In this document: positions 12,362-24,337 of the stretch, one piece after another
Position numbering within the stretch: position 1 is the first letter of the stretch
Layout: every line of letters starts with the position of its first letter
Source of the DNA: Eledone cirrhosa
Lineage: Eukaryota
Assembly: GCA_964016885.1 (NCBI GenBank)
Contig: OZ024742.1
Location: 10,602,001-10,666,000 of the forward strand
Length of the DNA: 64,000 bases
Direction: 5' to 3'
Notes under the pieces: model-generated
Seen by the model: the letters and a program-made list of their open reading frames with translations, nothing else
Databases searched by the model: none
What the model was told of the DNA's origin: nothing
Position numbers and translations under genes: made by a program

Positions 12362-12799
12362 TATTTCTTCTTGTTTCAGTCATTAGACTGTGGCCATGCT
12401 GGAGCGCTGCCTTTGTTTAGTTGATCATGATGGTAGTACTTACCTTGTGAACCTCTTTCTGCTGAACTGCTCAGTTGGGAGACACACACACACACACATG
12501 GACATACACACACACAAGGCATGCATATGTACGTGTGTATACTCACTCTCTCACACACACACATGTATATATATAACAAAGGAACAGTGGTAAGGAACCA
12601 GATGGACCATAACACACCAGAGTACTCAATACTTAGGGTAGTAGAGTGGGAAATAGGAAAAGGTTCAGAAATAGCCGTCGAAACAGCTTGAGCTCTGCCG
12701 TCGGGGTCCTGAACTTTTTCCTATATATATATATATATATATACATGTATATATATATACATGCACACACAAAGCATGTCGATAATGAATATATATATA

Positions 12800-13038
12800 T
12801 ATTTATTTCATATTGCTCCAGCATTGCTCAGCTGTAGAAATGAGATGATAGGACTGGGGTCCCTATCATTCCACTGCAAAGTGGTTGTGGAGGTGCCACG
12901 GCAAAAAAGCACCCAGCACTCACTGTAAATGAGGTTGGTGTTAGGAAGGGCATCCAGCTGTAGAAATCAAGCCAGAATCAGTTCCCGTCCCACCCTGGCA
13001 AGCAGGGAAATGCAGACGTAAAATGAAATGATGATGAT
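12800..13038 (+). mobile_element. 3' half of tRNA-SINE with RTE-derived tail
   Basis: Matches the reverse complement of 36163-36400; (GAT)n end. Confidence 0.8.
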
Positions 13039-13048
13039 GGTGTGTGTG

Positions 13049-13629
13049 TATCATCATCATCACCGTTTTACGTCTGTTCTTCCGTGCTAAATGGGTTAGA
13101 CAGGTTGTCCTGTTGTGGGCAGTGTCTGGTCGGCTGACCATGCCTTGCTCATACAGGAACTGATTTTGGCTTGATTTCTACAGCTGGATGCCCTTCCTAA
13201 CACCAACCTCATTTACAGTGAGTGCTGGGTGCTTTTTTGTCGTGGCACCTCCACGACCACTTTGCAGTGGGAGGGTGTGGGGGCATATTGTCTATATGCT
13301 TCAGCTTGTACCCATGGGAGGTCGGGTACTCTGTATTACTGTGTGACGCCAGAGGTCACGGTTGTGTGTCATCGCCTTTGAGAGGTGTAATTGGGTAAGG
13401 TCGGCTTTTATCACCTCATCCCACGTCATCTTGGGTCTCCCCACACCGCGGTTTCCACTGACTTCTAGAGCTCTGCACCTTTTTATACAGCTGTCATCCT
13501 CCATACGCATCACATGTCCATACCAGCGCAACCGCCTCTCCTGCACACAGCATTTGATTCCTCTTATGCTCAGACTCTCTCTCAACTCATTTATGCTTTG
13601 CCGTTCGCGTATATTACTATTACACATCA
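13049..13629 (-). mobile_element. RTE LINE 3' fragment (second subfamily)
   Basis: ORF 13301-13630 [20 protein letters not shown]; (CAT)n tail at left. Confidence 0.9.
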
Positions 13630-13639
13630 TATATATATA

Positions 13640-14205
13640 GTTGGTATGGTCACGTGATGCGCATGAAAGACGACAGCTGCATAAAAAAGTGCAGGGCGAT
13701 CAAAATTGATGGTAGTTACGGAGTAGGTAGACCCAGAAAAACCTGGGATGATCTGATAAATTCCGACCTCACACGCTTACATCTCTCTAAGATAATGTCT
13801 CTGGACCAAGATCTTTGGCGCTACGCAGTAATACAGAAGACCCGCCTTGCCTATGTACAAAGCGAAACCTACAGTTAGTAGGCACCTCTTAACCCCAATC
13901 CACTGTCCCCATCCACTACCCATACCCTATCCTCCCACTCCCACCAACAGCACGAGAAAATGAGATCGAGATCGTGTAGGTGTCACGACAAAAAAAAAAC
14001 ACACACAGTCCACGCTGTAATGTGGCCGTGTAGGTAACATGGTAAAAAGTTCCCAGTTCCACACTGTAAATGTGGTAGAAAACCTGCCAGATAGTCCTGT
14101 ATGAATGAGACACGGCCACCCGACCAGCCTTGCCTCAACTGGGACAACTCCCGTCTAACCCATGCTAGCGTGGAAGATGGACGTTAAACGAAGATGATGA
14201 TGATG
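13640..14205 (+). mobile_element. RTE LINE 3' fragment
   Basis: ORF 13654-13878 GRPRKTWDDLI; same 3'UTR as 5845-6236. Confidence 0.9.
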
Positions 14206-14884
14206 TTAGCATGTCCTTTAAATGTGTTCTGCTGGAATCTCTAGAGACCTCCCCTATATTATTAAGACAATAGGTTAGGTGACCTTGTCTTTATATAAAC
14301 CCCTGGAGTAGACATAGCTACCTGTCTCTAGAAACCCCAGCAGAATTACTTCCCCTATCGACTGATTCTTGTACAATTTGTCAATGTCAAGAAGGGAACC
14401 CACACACTTCCTTACCATTGTAGTGATGGCCACACTTGGAGACAGATGGAGGAAGGTGAGGGCATCACCACATTATCATTATCACTTCAATCATCATCAT
14501 CATATCCTTAATCTTCACCATCATCATCAATGTAGTCAGCATAATCTCCACCATTTCTATCCCTATCACCACTACCACCACTACCACTACCATTATCACT
14601 ATTACCATCAACCCCCACCACCACCACCACCAGTACTACCACTCCCACCTCCAACTCCACCACCACCACCAGTACTACCACTCCCACCTCCAACTCCACC
14701 ACCAACACCATCAATAAGACCCCCACCACCTCCTACACCCTCTGTTGACATGGTTTTACAGACATATTCACCAATTAGTCAAGCAAATTGTCACCTTGTG
14801 AGGAACGGACACACACACATTGACGCAAAATCTTATCCACACACACATACACACAGGCAATCACTAACATCAACACACACGCAC

Positions 14885-14940
<56 letters not shown>

Positions 14941-15114
14941 ATACATACATTCTCTCTCTCACACACACACTCAGGAGTGGTTGTCAAAATGTGTCACATC
15001 CCACCAGATTGTGCCACTGGCCCCACCCTGTGTCACCTGATTCCATGTATCTCCCTCTCCCTTCTCCAGGAGAATATTCCATTCCATATTTTAACATGGA
15101 GTCACCCCCACCCC

Positions 15115-15445
15115 CACAGTCCAGTCACCCCCACCTCCACCCCTAGAGTTCAGTCACCCCCACCCCCACCCCCACAGTTCAGTCATCTCCACCTCCACCC
15201 CACAGTTCAGTCACTCCCACCCCCACCACCACAGTTCAGTCACCTCCACCTCCACCCCACAATTCAGTTACCCCCACCTCCACAGTTCAGTCACCTTCAT
15301 CTCCACCCCCACAGTTCAGTCACCCTCACCTCCACCCCCACAGTTCAGTAACCCCCACTCCCACAATTCATTCATCCCCAACACACAACCTCCCTTAACC
15401 CCCTCCCCACTCTATTAGGTCACCCCTCACCCCCACCCACAGTTC
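15115..15445. repeat. Degenerate ~29-bp C-rich minisatellite
   Basis: Recurrent CACAGTTCAGTCACC(T)CCACC(T)CCACCC. Confidence 0.8.
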
Positions 15446-15553
15446 TCTATGACCCATATTTCTTCACTACAGTTGCCTCACCTCAGATCTCTTGTCTGCC
15501 AATAGTCTTGGAGTGAGATATTTCTATTGTTTTTTTCCATCACCATCATCACC

Positions 15554-15584
<31 letters not shown>

Positions 15585-15854
15585 GATGTCATCACCACCA
15601 CCATCATCAGATGTCATCATCATCACCATCATCATCCTCGTTATCATTGCTTGTTTCCAGCTGTTGTATAGATTGCCAAATCAGTGGCAACAAAGGAGCC
15701 TGTATGTGGTTGTTTGACCTGCTAGAAATAACAGCCAAATATCCTACAAATAGCTTCTTAGGATCTGAGACAAAATAATAATGTATTAAAGTAATGTAGT
15801 CTAAATGTTCAATGTCTGTTAAAATCTTTTGACTCCAGGTCTGACAATTATGTC

Positions 15855-16228
15855 AGACCAGGGGCTAATTTAGGCCTGACCTAGGGCTTAATTAGGTCTG
15901 ACCTAGGGCTAAATGAGGTCTGACCTAGGACCAAATTATCTGACCTAGGACCAAATTATCTGACCTAGGATTAAATTAGGTCTGACCTTGGACTAAATAA
16001 GGTCTGACCTTGAACTAAATAAGCTCTTACCTAGGAGTAAATTAGGTCTGACCTAGGACTAAATTAGGTCTGACCTAGGACTAAATTAGGTCTGACCTAG
16101 GACTAAATAATGTCTGACCTAGGACTAAATAATGTCTGACCTGGGACTAAACAAGGTCAGACCTAGGACTAAATAAGGTCTGACTTAGGGCCAAATTATC
16201 TGACCTAGAACTAAGTTAGGTCTGACCT
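15855..16228. repeat. ~22-bp minisatellite (GGTCTGACCTAGGACTAAATTA)
   Basis: Direct inspection; starts at the end of a dispersed repeat at ~15660-15870. Confidence 0.88.
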
Positions 16229-16361
16229 TGTTACTCTTGAATTTCACCTGTGAGTACCTAGGTGAAACTCCAGTGTAACAAGAATCACTATTTGGCCATA
16301 ATAAAGGAATATTTCAACTGTACTTTCGTATTGAGAGCCTTTTCTCTCATCCATCAACTAC

Positions 16362-16445
<84 letters not shown>

Positions 16446-16454
16446 ATATATATA

Positions 16455-17279
16455 CTAGCTGAGGTACCCGGTAATACCCGGGAGCAGGGGTATTCCCAGT
16501 TCCCATTAAAATGCCCAATGCCTCTCAGACCAAAAATGAAATCAAAATATAGGAGAGATAATGAAAAGCGAAGACAAATTCATTTACGAAACAATAATAC
16601 AAACAAATATTGTTGATTGCATTGGTCAGGTGAAAAAAATGTTTGTCAGAGAAGTTGAGTGTTGTTATAAGGAAAACAATAGAACCCTCATTAGGGTGTC
16701 TTAATATTATTGAAATTTGCTGAAATTTTGTGAATAGGCATCATATCTCGTCATTTACCTATGGTTTAAATTTCATATAAATCTAAGGGAAACAATTTTC
16801 AGCTGGGGATTTCAGCGGGGCTTTTGTGCCCCCGGAGAACCCTTTGATTAAAATGAAATATACTTATCCAAGTACCCTGGGCAATGTAGTTTCAGAATAT
16901 ATATGGTTATGGGGGTCTATCTCCAAAACCATAGGAGGAGTTCGTGAAATCTTGTTCCATTTATTGGCCAACATTTTCACTATAGGGGGTTTAACCCCCA
17001 ATAGGGTGTCTCAATATTATTGAAATTTGCTGAAATTTTGTGAATAGATACCATATCTTGTCATTTACCTATGGTTTAAAGTTCATATAGCGAGGGTTTT
17101 CAGCAATTGTTTGAGCCCCCGAGGAACCCTTTCATTAAAATGAAATATATGTAAGAAATCAAATAGGCATGAGCCCCACACACATGTCAAGTTTCATCAA
17201 GATCGGTTTGGTAGTTTTTGAGTTTTAGGTTCACAAACAACCAAACAAACAGACAGAAATTGCCATTTATGTATATAGA
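16455..17279 (-). mobile_element. Non-autonomous Helitron with intact ends
   Basis: Minus strand A|TCTATA...CCCGGgtattaCCGGG-tacctcag-CTAG|T: 5' TC, subterminal hairpin, 3' CTAG, A/T target; internal duplication ~16690-16860 vs ~17000-17150. Confidence 0.85.
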
Positions 17280-17342
17280 TAATCATCATTGTTTAACGTC
17301 CATTTTCTGCTAGCATGGTTTAGACACGAAAGAAGTCACCGT

Positions 17343-17416
17343 CGGCTTCTATGGGGAATTAAACTCCATATCTTCCAGATACCAGCAGGATGTTTTAACC
17401 ATTAAGCTAAGCAGCC
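17343..17416 (-). mobile_element. tRNA-derived SINE head / pseudo-tRNA
   Basis: GGCTGCTTAGCTTAATGGTTAAA (A box) ... GAGTTTAATTCCCC (decayed B box) ... AGCCG. Confidence 0.55.
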
Positions 17417-17674
17417 ATGACTATATATGCAGAGCAGTGTACAGGTAATGTGTGTGTAAGTTTGAAGGTATGGAAGGTGTGAATATGAGAAGGGATGTCT
17501 TAATGAAACTGCCAACACTCATTTACTCATTATAGTAGAACCTGAGCTGAAAATGTAATCATAGCAGTCAGAGCAAGAGAGAGTTTGGTGTATGAGAGAG
17601 AGAGAGTGTGTGTGGTGTTGAAACAGACAGAGAGTGGTGTATGAGAGAGAGACAGAGAAAGAGAGAGGGTGGTG

Positions 17675-17753
<79 letters not shown>

Positions 17754-18224
17754 TTTAGATAGAGGGCGATGGTAGAGCCAATGTGATAATAGGTGAGCCA
17801 TGGTGGTGGGGTGAGAAGGTCAGCAGTAAGGTGATAAGGACTTGGGATAGAAAAACATGACATGATGGCTGCAGATAAGTGAAAGGTGTGAAGAATTGTA
17901 AGAATTGTGAAAATAGTGTGGTATGTGTTAGGAGAGATATTGAATTAAGATTGGAAGATTGTGGAAGATTCTGGAACATTCTCTGGCTTTAATATATTTT
18001 GGGAGGACTTGGAATTGATGGAAGAGATGAAGTAATTGGGTGTTGAATGACTGGTGGGGTGGGGGCTGAGGTAATAGGGTCTGAAGTGGAGTGTGACAGG
18101 GATACAGGGAGGAAGGATAGGATAGGGGGATGAGATGAGGAGGAGGAGGGTGAGGGTGAAACATCATTAACAGAGATTATGATGGGAGGGAGGGAGTGAT
18201 GTTGAAGATGGTGGGGGTGGTCTT

Positions 18225-18780
18225 ACTGATGGTGGTTGTTGTTGTTGTTGTTGTAGTGGTGTCTGCACTAGTCATGGTGTCGGTGGTGGTGGTGATGGTG
18301 ATGTTGTTATGGTGGTTGTGCTGCTGCTGCTGGTGGTGGTGGTGGTGATGTCTGCAGTGGTCATGGTGGTGGTGGTGGTGATGTTGTTATGGTGGTGCTG
18401 GTGCTGCTGCTGCTGCTGATGATGGTGGTGGTGGTGGTGTCTGCAGTGGTCATGGTGGTGGTGCTGGTGATGTTGTTATGGTGGTGCTGGTGCTGCTGCT
18501 GATGATGGTGGTGGTGGTGGTGGTGTCTGCAGTGGTCATGGTGGTGGTGGTGGTGATGTTGTTATGGTGGTGCTGGTGCTGCTGCTGATGATGATGGTGG
18601 TGGTGGTGTCTGCAGTGGTCATGGTGGTGGTGGTGATAGTAACAGGGTGGGGTGATGATGGAGCTACTGGTGATGATGATGATGATGGTGGTGGTGGTGT
18701 CTTACTAATGGTTGTTGTTATGGTGGTAGTGATAGTAGCTGGGGGGGGGGGGTGGAGCTACTGATGATGATGATGAGGGT
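18225..18780. repeat. (GGT/GAT/GCT)n trinucleotide-based array
   Basis: Recurrent TCTGCAGTGGTCATG(GTG)n. Confidence 0.85.
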
Positions 18781-19614
18781 ACTGATGGCTGAAGTGTAAA
18801 AGCATGTGTGTGTATATGTAAATATGACAGTATAAGTTGATGTATTAGAATATATGGTAAGTCTGTCATTATATATGTATCTATGCTAATATATGCATAT
18901 TCTGGCTTACAGACACATGCATACACACACGCACACATACACACACACACACATATTGTCATGGCAACGACTAATGTAATCTTCATACCTGATCCCAAAT
19001 CCGAACAGAACATATAGAAACACATGTGGATGTGTGTGTGTGCATAAGTATGTATATGTGTGTGCACGCATATATATATATATTTATAATGTATGTGTAA
19101 GTATTTATATATATATTTATAATGTATGTGTAAGTATTTATATATGTATTTATAATGTATGTGTAAGTATTTGTCATCATCATCATTATCATCATCATCA
19201 ATATATGTATTTATAGTGTATATATATGTAATAAATATGTATGTGTATATATATATATACATACATGTGTGTCTATATTAGTATGTATGTATATATAAAG
19301 GTATATATATATATCTATATACTATATGTATACTAAACACTCATAATCTGGCTGAGTATTTTAAGCTGTGATATAATCAGAGCTTAAAATATGTAATAAG
19401 AGATGTCTAACGATGTCTTTCAGTATTTCTTAATCCATCATCAGTAACCACTACAAGATTCTACAGTATTAGAAGGATATATTTACTTAAAGAACTGGAA
19501 ACAGTACAGCTAGAGTGCTCTTACTTGGTTGCTATGTCAGGGCTAAATAAATCACTGCTTCTAAAATTTATAGCAAGGCCACACTAATGAACATTTTGTA
19601 TATGATTCGATATA

Positions 19615-19836
19615 CCTGGGATGAGGTGAAAGAAGCCGACCTACCCAATTGCACCTCTCAAGGGCGATGACACATGACCGTGACCTCTGGCGTCACGCAG
19701 TAATACAGAAGACCCGACTTCCCACAGGTACAAGCTGTCTAACTCATGCTAGCATAGAAGAACAGACGTAAAACGGTGATGATGATGATACGCCAGTCAC
19801 ATCTCAATCATGCTATGTCAGAGCTTCATTAACTCT

Positions 19837-19873
<37 letters not shown>

Positions 19874-20147
19874 GTGTGTGCTCTAACCACTAAGCCATGT
19901 GCCTCCATATATATATATAAAGCACCTAGTCCATGCTATAAAGTGGTTGTGTAAGAGACACAGTAAAAAGGCTCCCAGTCCACACTGGTTGGTGGTTGGT
20001 GTTAGGAAGGGCATCCAGCTGTAGAAAACGTGCCAGATAGTCCTATACGAGCGAGATACGGTCCCCCGACCAATCTTGCTTCATGTGGGACAATTCCCAT
20101 TTAATCCATGCTAGCGTGGAAGATAGACGTTAAACAATGATGATGAT
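19615..20147 (+). mobile_element. Two short RTE 3'-end fragments
   Basis: ACCTGGGATGAGGTG..CTCTGGCGTCAC matches the 13049-13629 family; CATGCTAGC..GACGT(T)AAAC(GAT)n termini. Confidence 0.75.
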
Positions 20148-20474
20148 GTGAGACAACAAACACCTGGCTTTTCTGTTAGATTAGTGGACCTGCTACTGAC
20201 TTGATCTATGTAGACCTGTCCATCCCTTGCTAGCATGGAAAATGGACATTAAAAAATGATGATATATATATATATATATTTATTTAGGTTTGTTGGTTCA
20301 CCACTGGATAGAACTGGTCATTCCGTATGGTCAACCTCGATGTAATATTATGCAGATCACTCAACGTAATGCAACTCGCCCATCTTCGTTTGTGTAGTTG
20401 GTGGTGCGGGTACGGAGTTAATTGTTATAAAATAACAGGAGGCTAGACTGGTGTAATTCCTAAAAAGGTTTATT

Positions 20475-20532
20475 ATACTATGATCATTTCAATGACCGGG
20501 TTCAGTATGAATCCAGTAACATCATCAGGTAT
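20475..20532 (-). ncRNA. Minimal type I hammerhead ribozyme (left arm)
   Basis: Minus: AUAC-CUGAUGA-stem II-GAAA-UGAUCA-UA-GUAU, then AAUAAA. Confidence 0.75.
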
Positions 20533-20573
20533 TTGAAATATAACAAAGGAATTATTTCTTTGTTATATTTCGA

Positions 20574-20631
20574 ATACCTGATGATGTCACTGGATTCATA
20601 CTGAACCCGGTCATTGAAATGATCATAGTAT
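20574..20631 (+). ncRNA. Minimal type I hammerhead ribozyme (right arm)
   Basis: Stem I ATAC/GTAT, CTGATGA 20578-20584, imperfect stem II 20585-20615, GAAA 20616-20619, palindrome TGATCA, cut after AUA 20627, AATAAA 20632-20637. Confidence 0.75.
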
Positions 20632-21001
20632 AATAAACCTTTTAAGGAATTACACCAGTCTAGCCTCCTGTTATTTTATTATATATATATGAGAGTGTTG
20701 AAGTTTGCTTGAAGCATTGTAGAATAATAACATTGGTCATTTTGGAAGCCTCAACAATGCAGATGGGTAAATCTCCGGGTAACAGAATCAGGTGGTAATG
20801 AGAGAGATGTAAGAGAAAATGTAGAATGAGATGTATAGGGTGTAGAGGAACGTATGAAAGAGTGTAAAAATAATAACACAAGATAGAGTTACCTTGGAAG
20901 TGATTTAATTGTCCCTATATTTCGGATTTCACATCCATCAACTGGGGGTTTTTCCGAGGCGGAAAGTTTTTAGTCGGAGAAGGACAACACATAGCTTCTG
21001 T

Positions 21002-21052
<51 letters not shown>

Positions 21053-21259
21053 CATTTATGTTGGATGACTTAACTACTGGTTAGAAAACAATATGTAATA
21101 AGTTAAAACATTCAACCCTATGTAAATTATCGATCGTAGATGTGGTATCTCATGGTTGGTGCTGGAACGGAGTGAAACATTTAAAAGATATCCTAAGGCC
21201 AGATTCCGAATATACTTTCAGGTTGTCTTTTAAACATATACACATACATACATACATAC

Positions 21260-21539
21260 AATCATCATCATCACCATCACCATCATTCTTCTTCTTACAT
21301 CCATTTTTCCATGTTTGCATGGGTTTGATGTGTCCTTCTCATCCTCTCTTCACTCACCATGCTTCTTCATCAACTTCTCTGTGAGTCTCAGTAATTTGAG
21401 GTCAATTCTCAACACCCCTGCCCACAACTTTCTTAGTCTACCTCAACTGTAGCTTCCTTCCACTGGAATTACCTGCCACTTCTTCATCCACATGTCTGTA
21501 CGAAAGCAGTCTTCTCTCCTGCACACGACCTTGTGTGTG

Positions 21540-21586
<47 letters not shown>

Positions 21587-21913
21587 ATGTATGTATCTAA
21601 GTATATATATATATACATATATATATAAGCTGAAGCATATAGACAATATGCCCCCACACCCTCCCACTGCAAGGTGGTCGTGGAGGTGCCACGGCAAAAA
21701 AGCACCCAACCCACACTGTAAAGTGGACATGTAGGCGCCACGGAAAAAGCACCCAGCACTTACTGTAAATGAAGTTGGTGTTAGGAATGGCATCCAGCCG
21801 GTTCCTGTATGAGCAAGGCATGGTCAGACGACCAGACACTGCCCACAACAGCACAACCCGTCTAACCCATGCTAGCGTGGAGGAACGGACGTAAAACGGT
21901 GATGATGATGATG
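21260..21913. mobile_element. RTE 3' fragments: older minus copy (~21260-21530) and plus 3'UTR copy (~21627-21913)
   Basis: Shared RTE terminal motif with (CAT)n/(GAT)n tails; 21627-21900 matches the reverse complement of 13060-13306. Confidence 0.7.
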
Positions 21914-21943
21914 ATATATGTATATATGTATGTATCTAAGTAT

Positions 21944-22596
21944 ATCATCATCATCATCATCATCACCGTTTAACGCCCATCTTCCATGCTTGCATGGGTT
22001 TGGACGGGAGTTTTCCCACTTGAGGCAAGATTTGTTGTCCTGCTCGTATAGGACTGTCTGGCGGGTTTTCTAAGGCTGGATGCCAGTGTGGACTGGGAGG
22101 TTTTTACTGTGTTACCTACATGGCCACATTACAGTGTGGACTGTGTGTTTTTTTGTTGTGACACCTACACGACCTCATTTGTTTCGGACTGGATGTTGTG
22201 GTACCAACATAACTTCACATTTAAGGGGGTGGTATGGATGGGGTGGAGGTAGTGGGACGGGGTGTATTTTGTTAGAGGTGCCTACTGACTGTAGGTTTCG
22301 CTTTGTACTTAGGCAAGGCGGGTCTTCTGTATGACTGTGTAGCGCCAAAGATCTCGGTCCAGTGACATTGTCTTAGAGAGGTGTAAGTGTGTGAGGTCGG
22401 AATTTATCAAGTCGTCCCAGGTTTTTCTGGGTCTGCCTACTCCGTGGCTACCGTCTATTTTTATTGCCCTGCACATTTTTATACAGCTGTCGTCTTTCAT
22501 GCGCATCACATGACCGTACCAACGTAGTCTTCTCTCGAGTAAACATCTGATCCCTCTTATTTCTAAATTTTCCCTTAGTTCGTTTATGCTTTGCCG

Positions 22597-22627
<31 letters not shown>

Positions 22628-22750
22628 GTGTGTGTGTGTGTGTATGTATATATATATGTGTGTGTGTGTATGTATATATATATATATGTGTGTGTGTGTA
22701 TATATATATGTTTGTGTGTGTATATATATATGTGTTTATATATATATATA

Positions 22751-22801
<51 letters not shown>

Positions 22802-24240
22802 ATATATATATGTATACATATGTGTGTGTGTGTGTTTGTGTATATATACTTTTTTATACAGCTGTCGTCTTTCATGCGCATCACGTGACCGTACCTACGT
22901 AGTCTTCTCTTGAGTAAACAACATCTGATCCCTCTTATTCCTAATTTCTCCCTTAGTTCGTTTATGCTTTGCCGTTCACGTATATTACTATTAAACATCC
23001 AGCGGAGCATGCAAGCTTCGTTTCTCTCCAGTCTACGTATATCCTCTGCACACAATGCCCAGGTCTCACTGCCATGTAACATTGCTGTTCGTATGCAGGC
23101 ATCATACAGCCTGCCTTTCATTTTTAGAGAGAACCCTTTAGCGGCCAATAGTGGTATAAACTCTCTGAACTTTTTCCATCCCGTTCTGACTCTAGCTACT
23201 GTACTATCAGAGCACCCTCCCCCACTGCTGATTTTGTCACCCAGATAACGGAAGGTGTCCACTATTTCTATAGAACCATCTGTGCAATGGAATGAGTTAG
23301 TATTCTGTGTGCACTTGCTGCTACCTATTGTACCAGAGCACCGGCCACATATAAAATCTATATTCTTAGTTAGCTTACCTGTGATTCCGCTACATCTTTT
23401 ATGTACCCATAGTTTGCATTTGGGACATAAAATGGAGTTTCTGCCTACTTCTTTCCGACACACTGAGCATGGCCATTTCCCAGATGGGACCGCTGCCCTA
23501 TTTTCCTTCCTACAAAATAGAACTTTAGTTTTAGAGAAGTTAACTTTAAGGCCTTTTGATTCTAGGCCATGCTTCCATGTTTGGAATTTCTTCTCTAGTT
23601 CAGCCATTGAGTCAGCTATGAGCGTTAGATCATCTGCATATAGGAGTTCCCATTGGCAGCCGGTCTTGTACTCCTCTGTTATAGCCTGAAGGGCAATAAT
23701 AAATAGTAGGGGGATAAGAACGGAGCCCTGATGAACACCAACTTTTACGCTAAACTCTTCACTATATTTGTTGTTAATTCTAACCGTGCTGACTGTTTCT
23801 TTATACATGGCTGGTATAGCTCTCACAAGCCATTAATCAACACCTAGTTTTCTAAGAGCCCACCACATAATGGAGCGGGGGACTCTGTCAAAGGCTTTCT
23901 CCAAGTCAACAAAAGTTAAGTATAGGGGTTTACTTTTAGCTAGGTACTTCTCCTGTAGTTGTCGTACAATGAAATGAGCGTCTGTGGTACATTTACCTGA
24001 CACAAACCCGAACTGCATTTCATCTAGATCAATTCGTTCTCTGATTAGTTGCGCTATTACTTTTTCTGTGACCTTCATGACCTGGTCGATTAATTTAATG
24101 CTTCTATAGTTACCCCTATCTAGGGCATCTCCTTTACCCTTGTAGCAGTTAATGATGATGCTGCTATGCCAGTCCTTCGGAACAGCCCCATTCTGTATGA
24201 CTTGGTTTACTATCCGGGTGACCATAGTTTGTCCCACACT
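21944..24240 (-). pseudogene. RTE-clade LINE RT region, disrupted (stop at 23833-23835; microsatellite + duplication at 22599-22850)
   Basis: NYRSIKL, QFGF, FVDLEKAFDRV, GVHQGSVLIPLLF, YADD, FRYLG, GRPRKTW. Confidence 0.95.
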
Positions 24241-24337
24241 ATATATATAATATATGTATATGTATATATATATGTATCTATATATATATATACATATATA
24301 AGTTATAGGAATCAAAGAACTGTTCAAAACATTTTTA

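Larger units (their letters stand above)
20281..20679 (-). mobile_element. Fold-back PLE-type terminus: ~125-bp inverted arms (20427-20679) + ~145-bp tail, in (TA)n
   Basis: Near-perfect palindrome centred at ~20553; hammerhead in each arm. Confidence 0.8.

Noticed and set aside
17343-17416. Functional tRNA gene
   Set aside because: T-loop reads TTTAATT and stems are mismatched; more likely a SINE head
19405-19447. Minus-strand CTGATGA...GAAA-GACATC motif
   Set aside because: Stems I and II are weak and the U before the cut site is missing; possibly a very old hammerhead but not supportable
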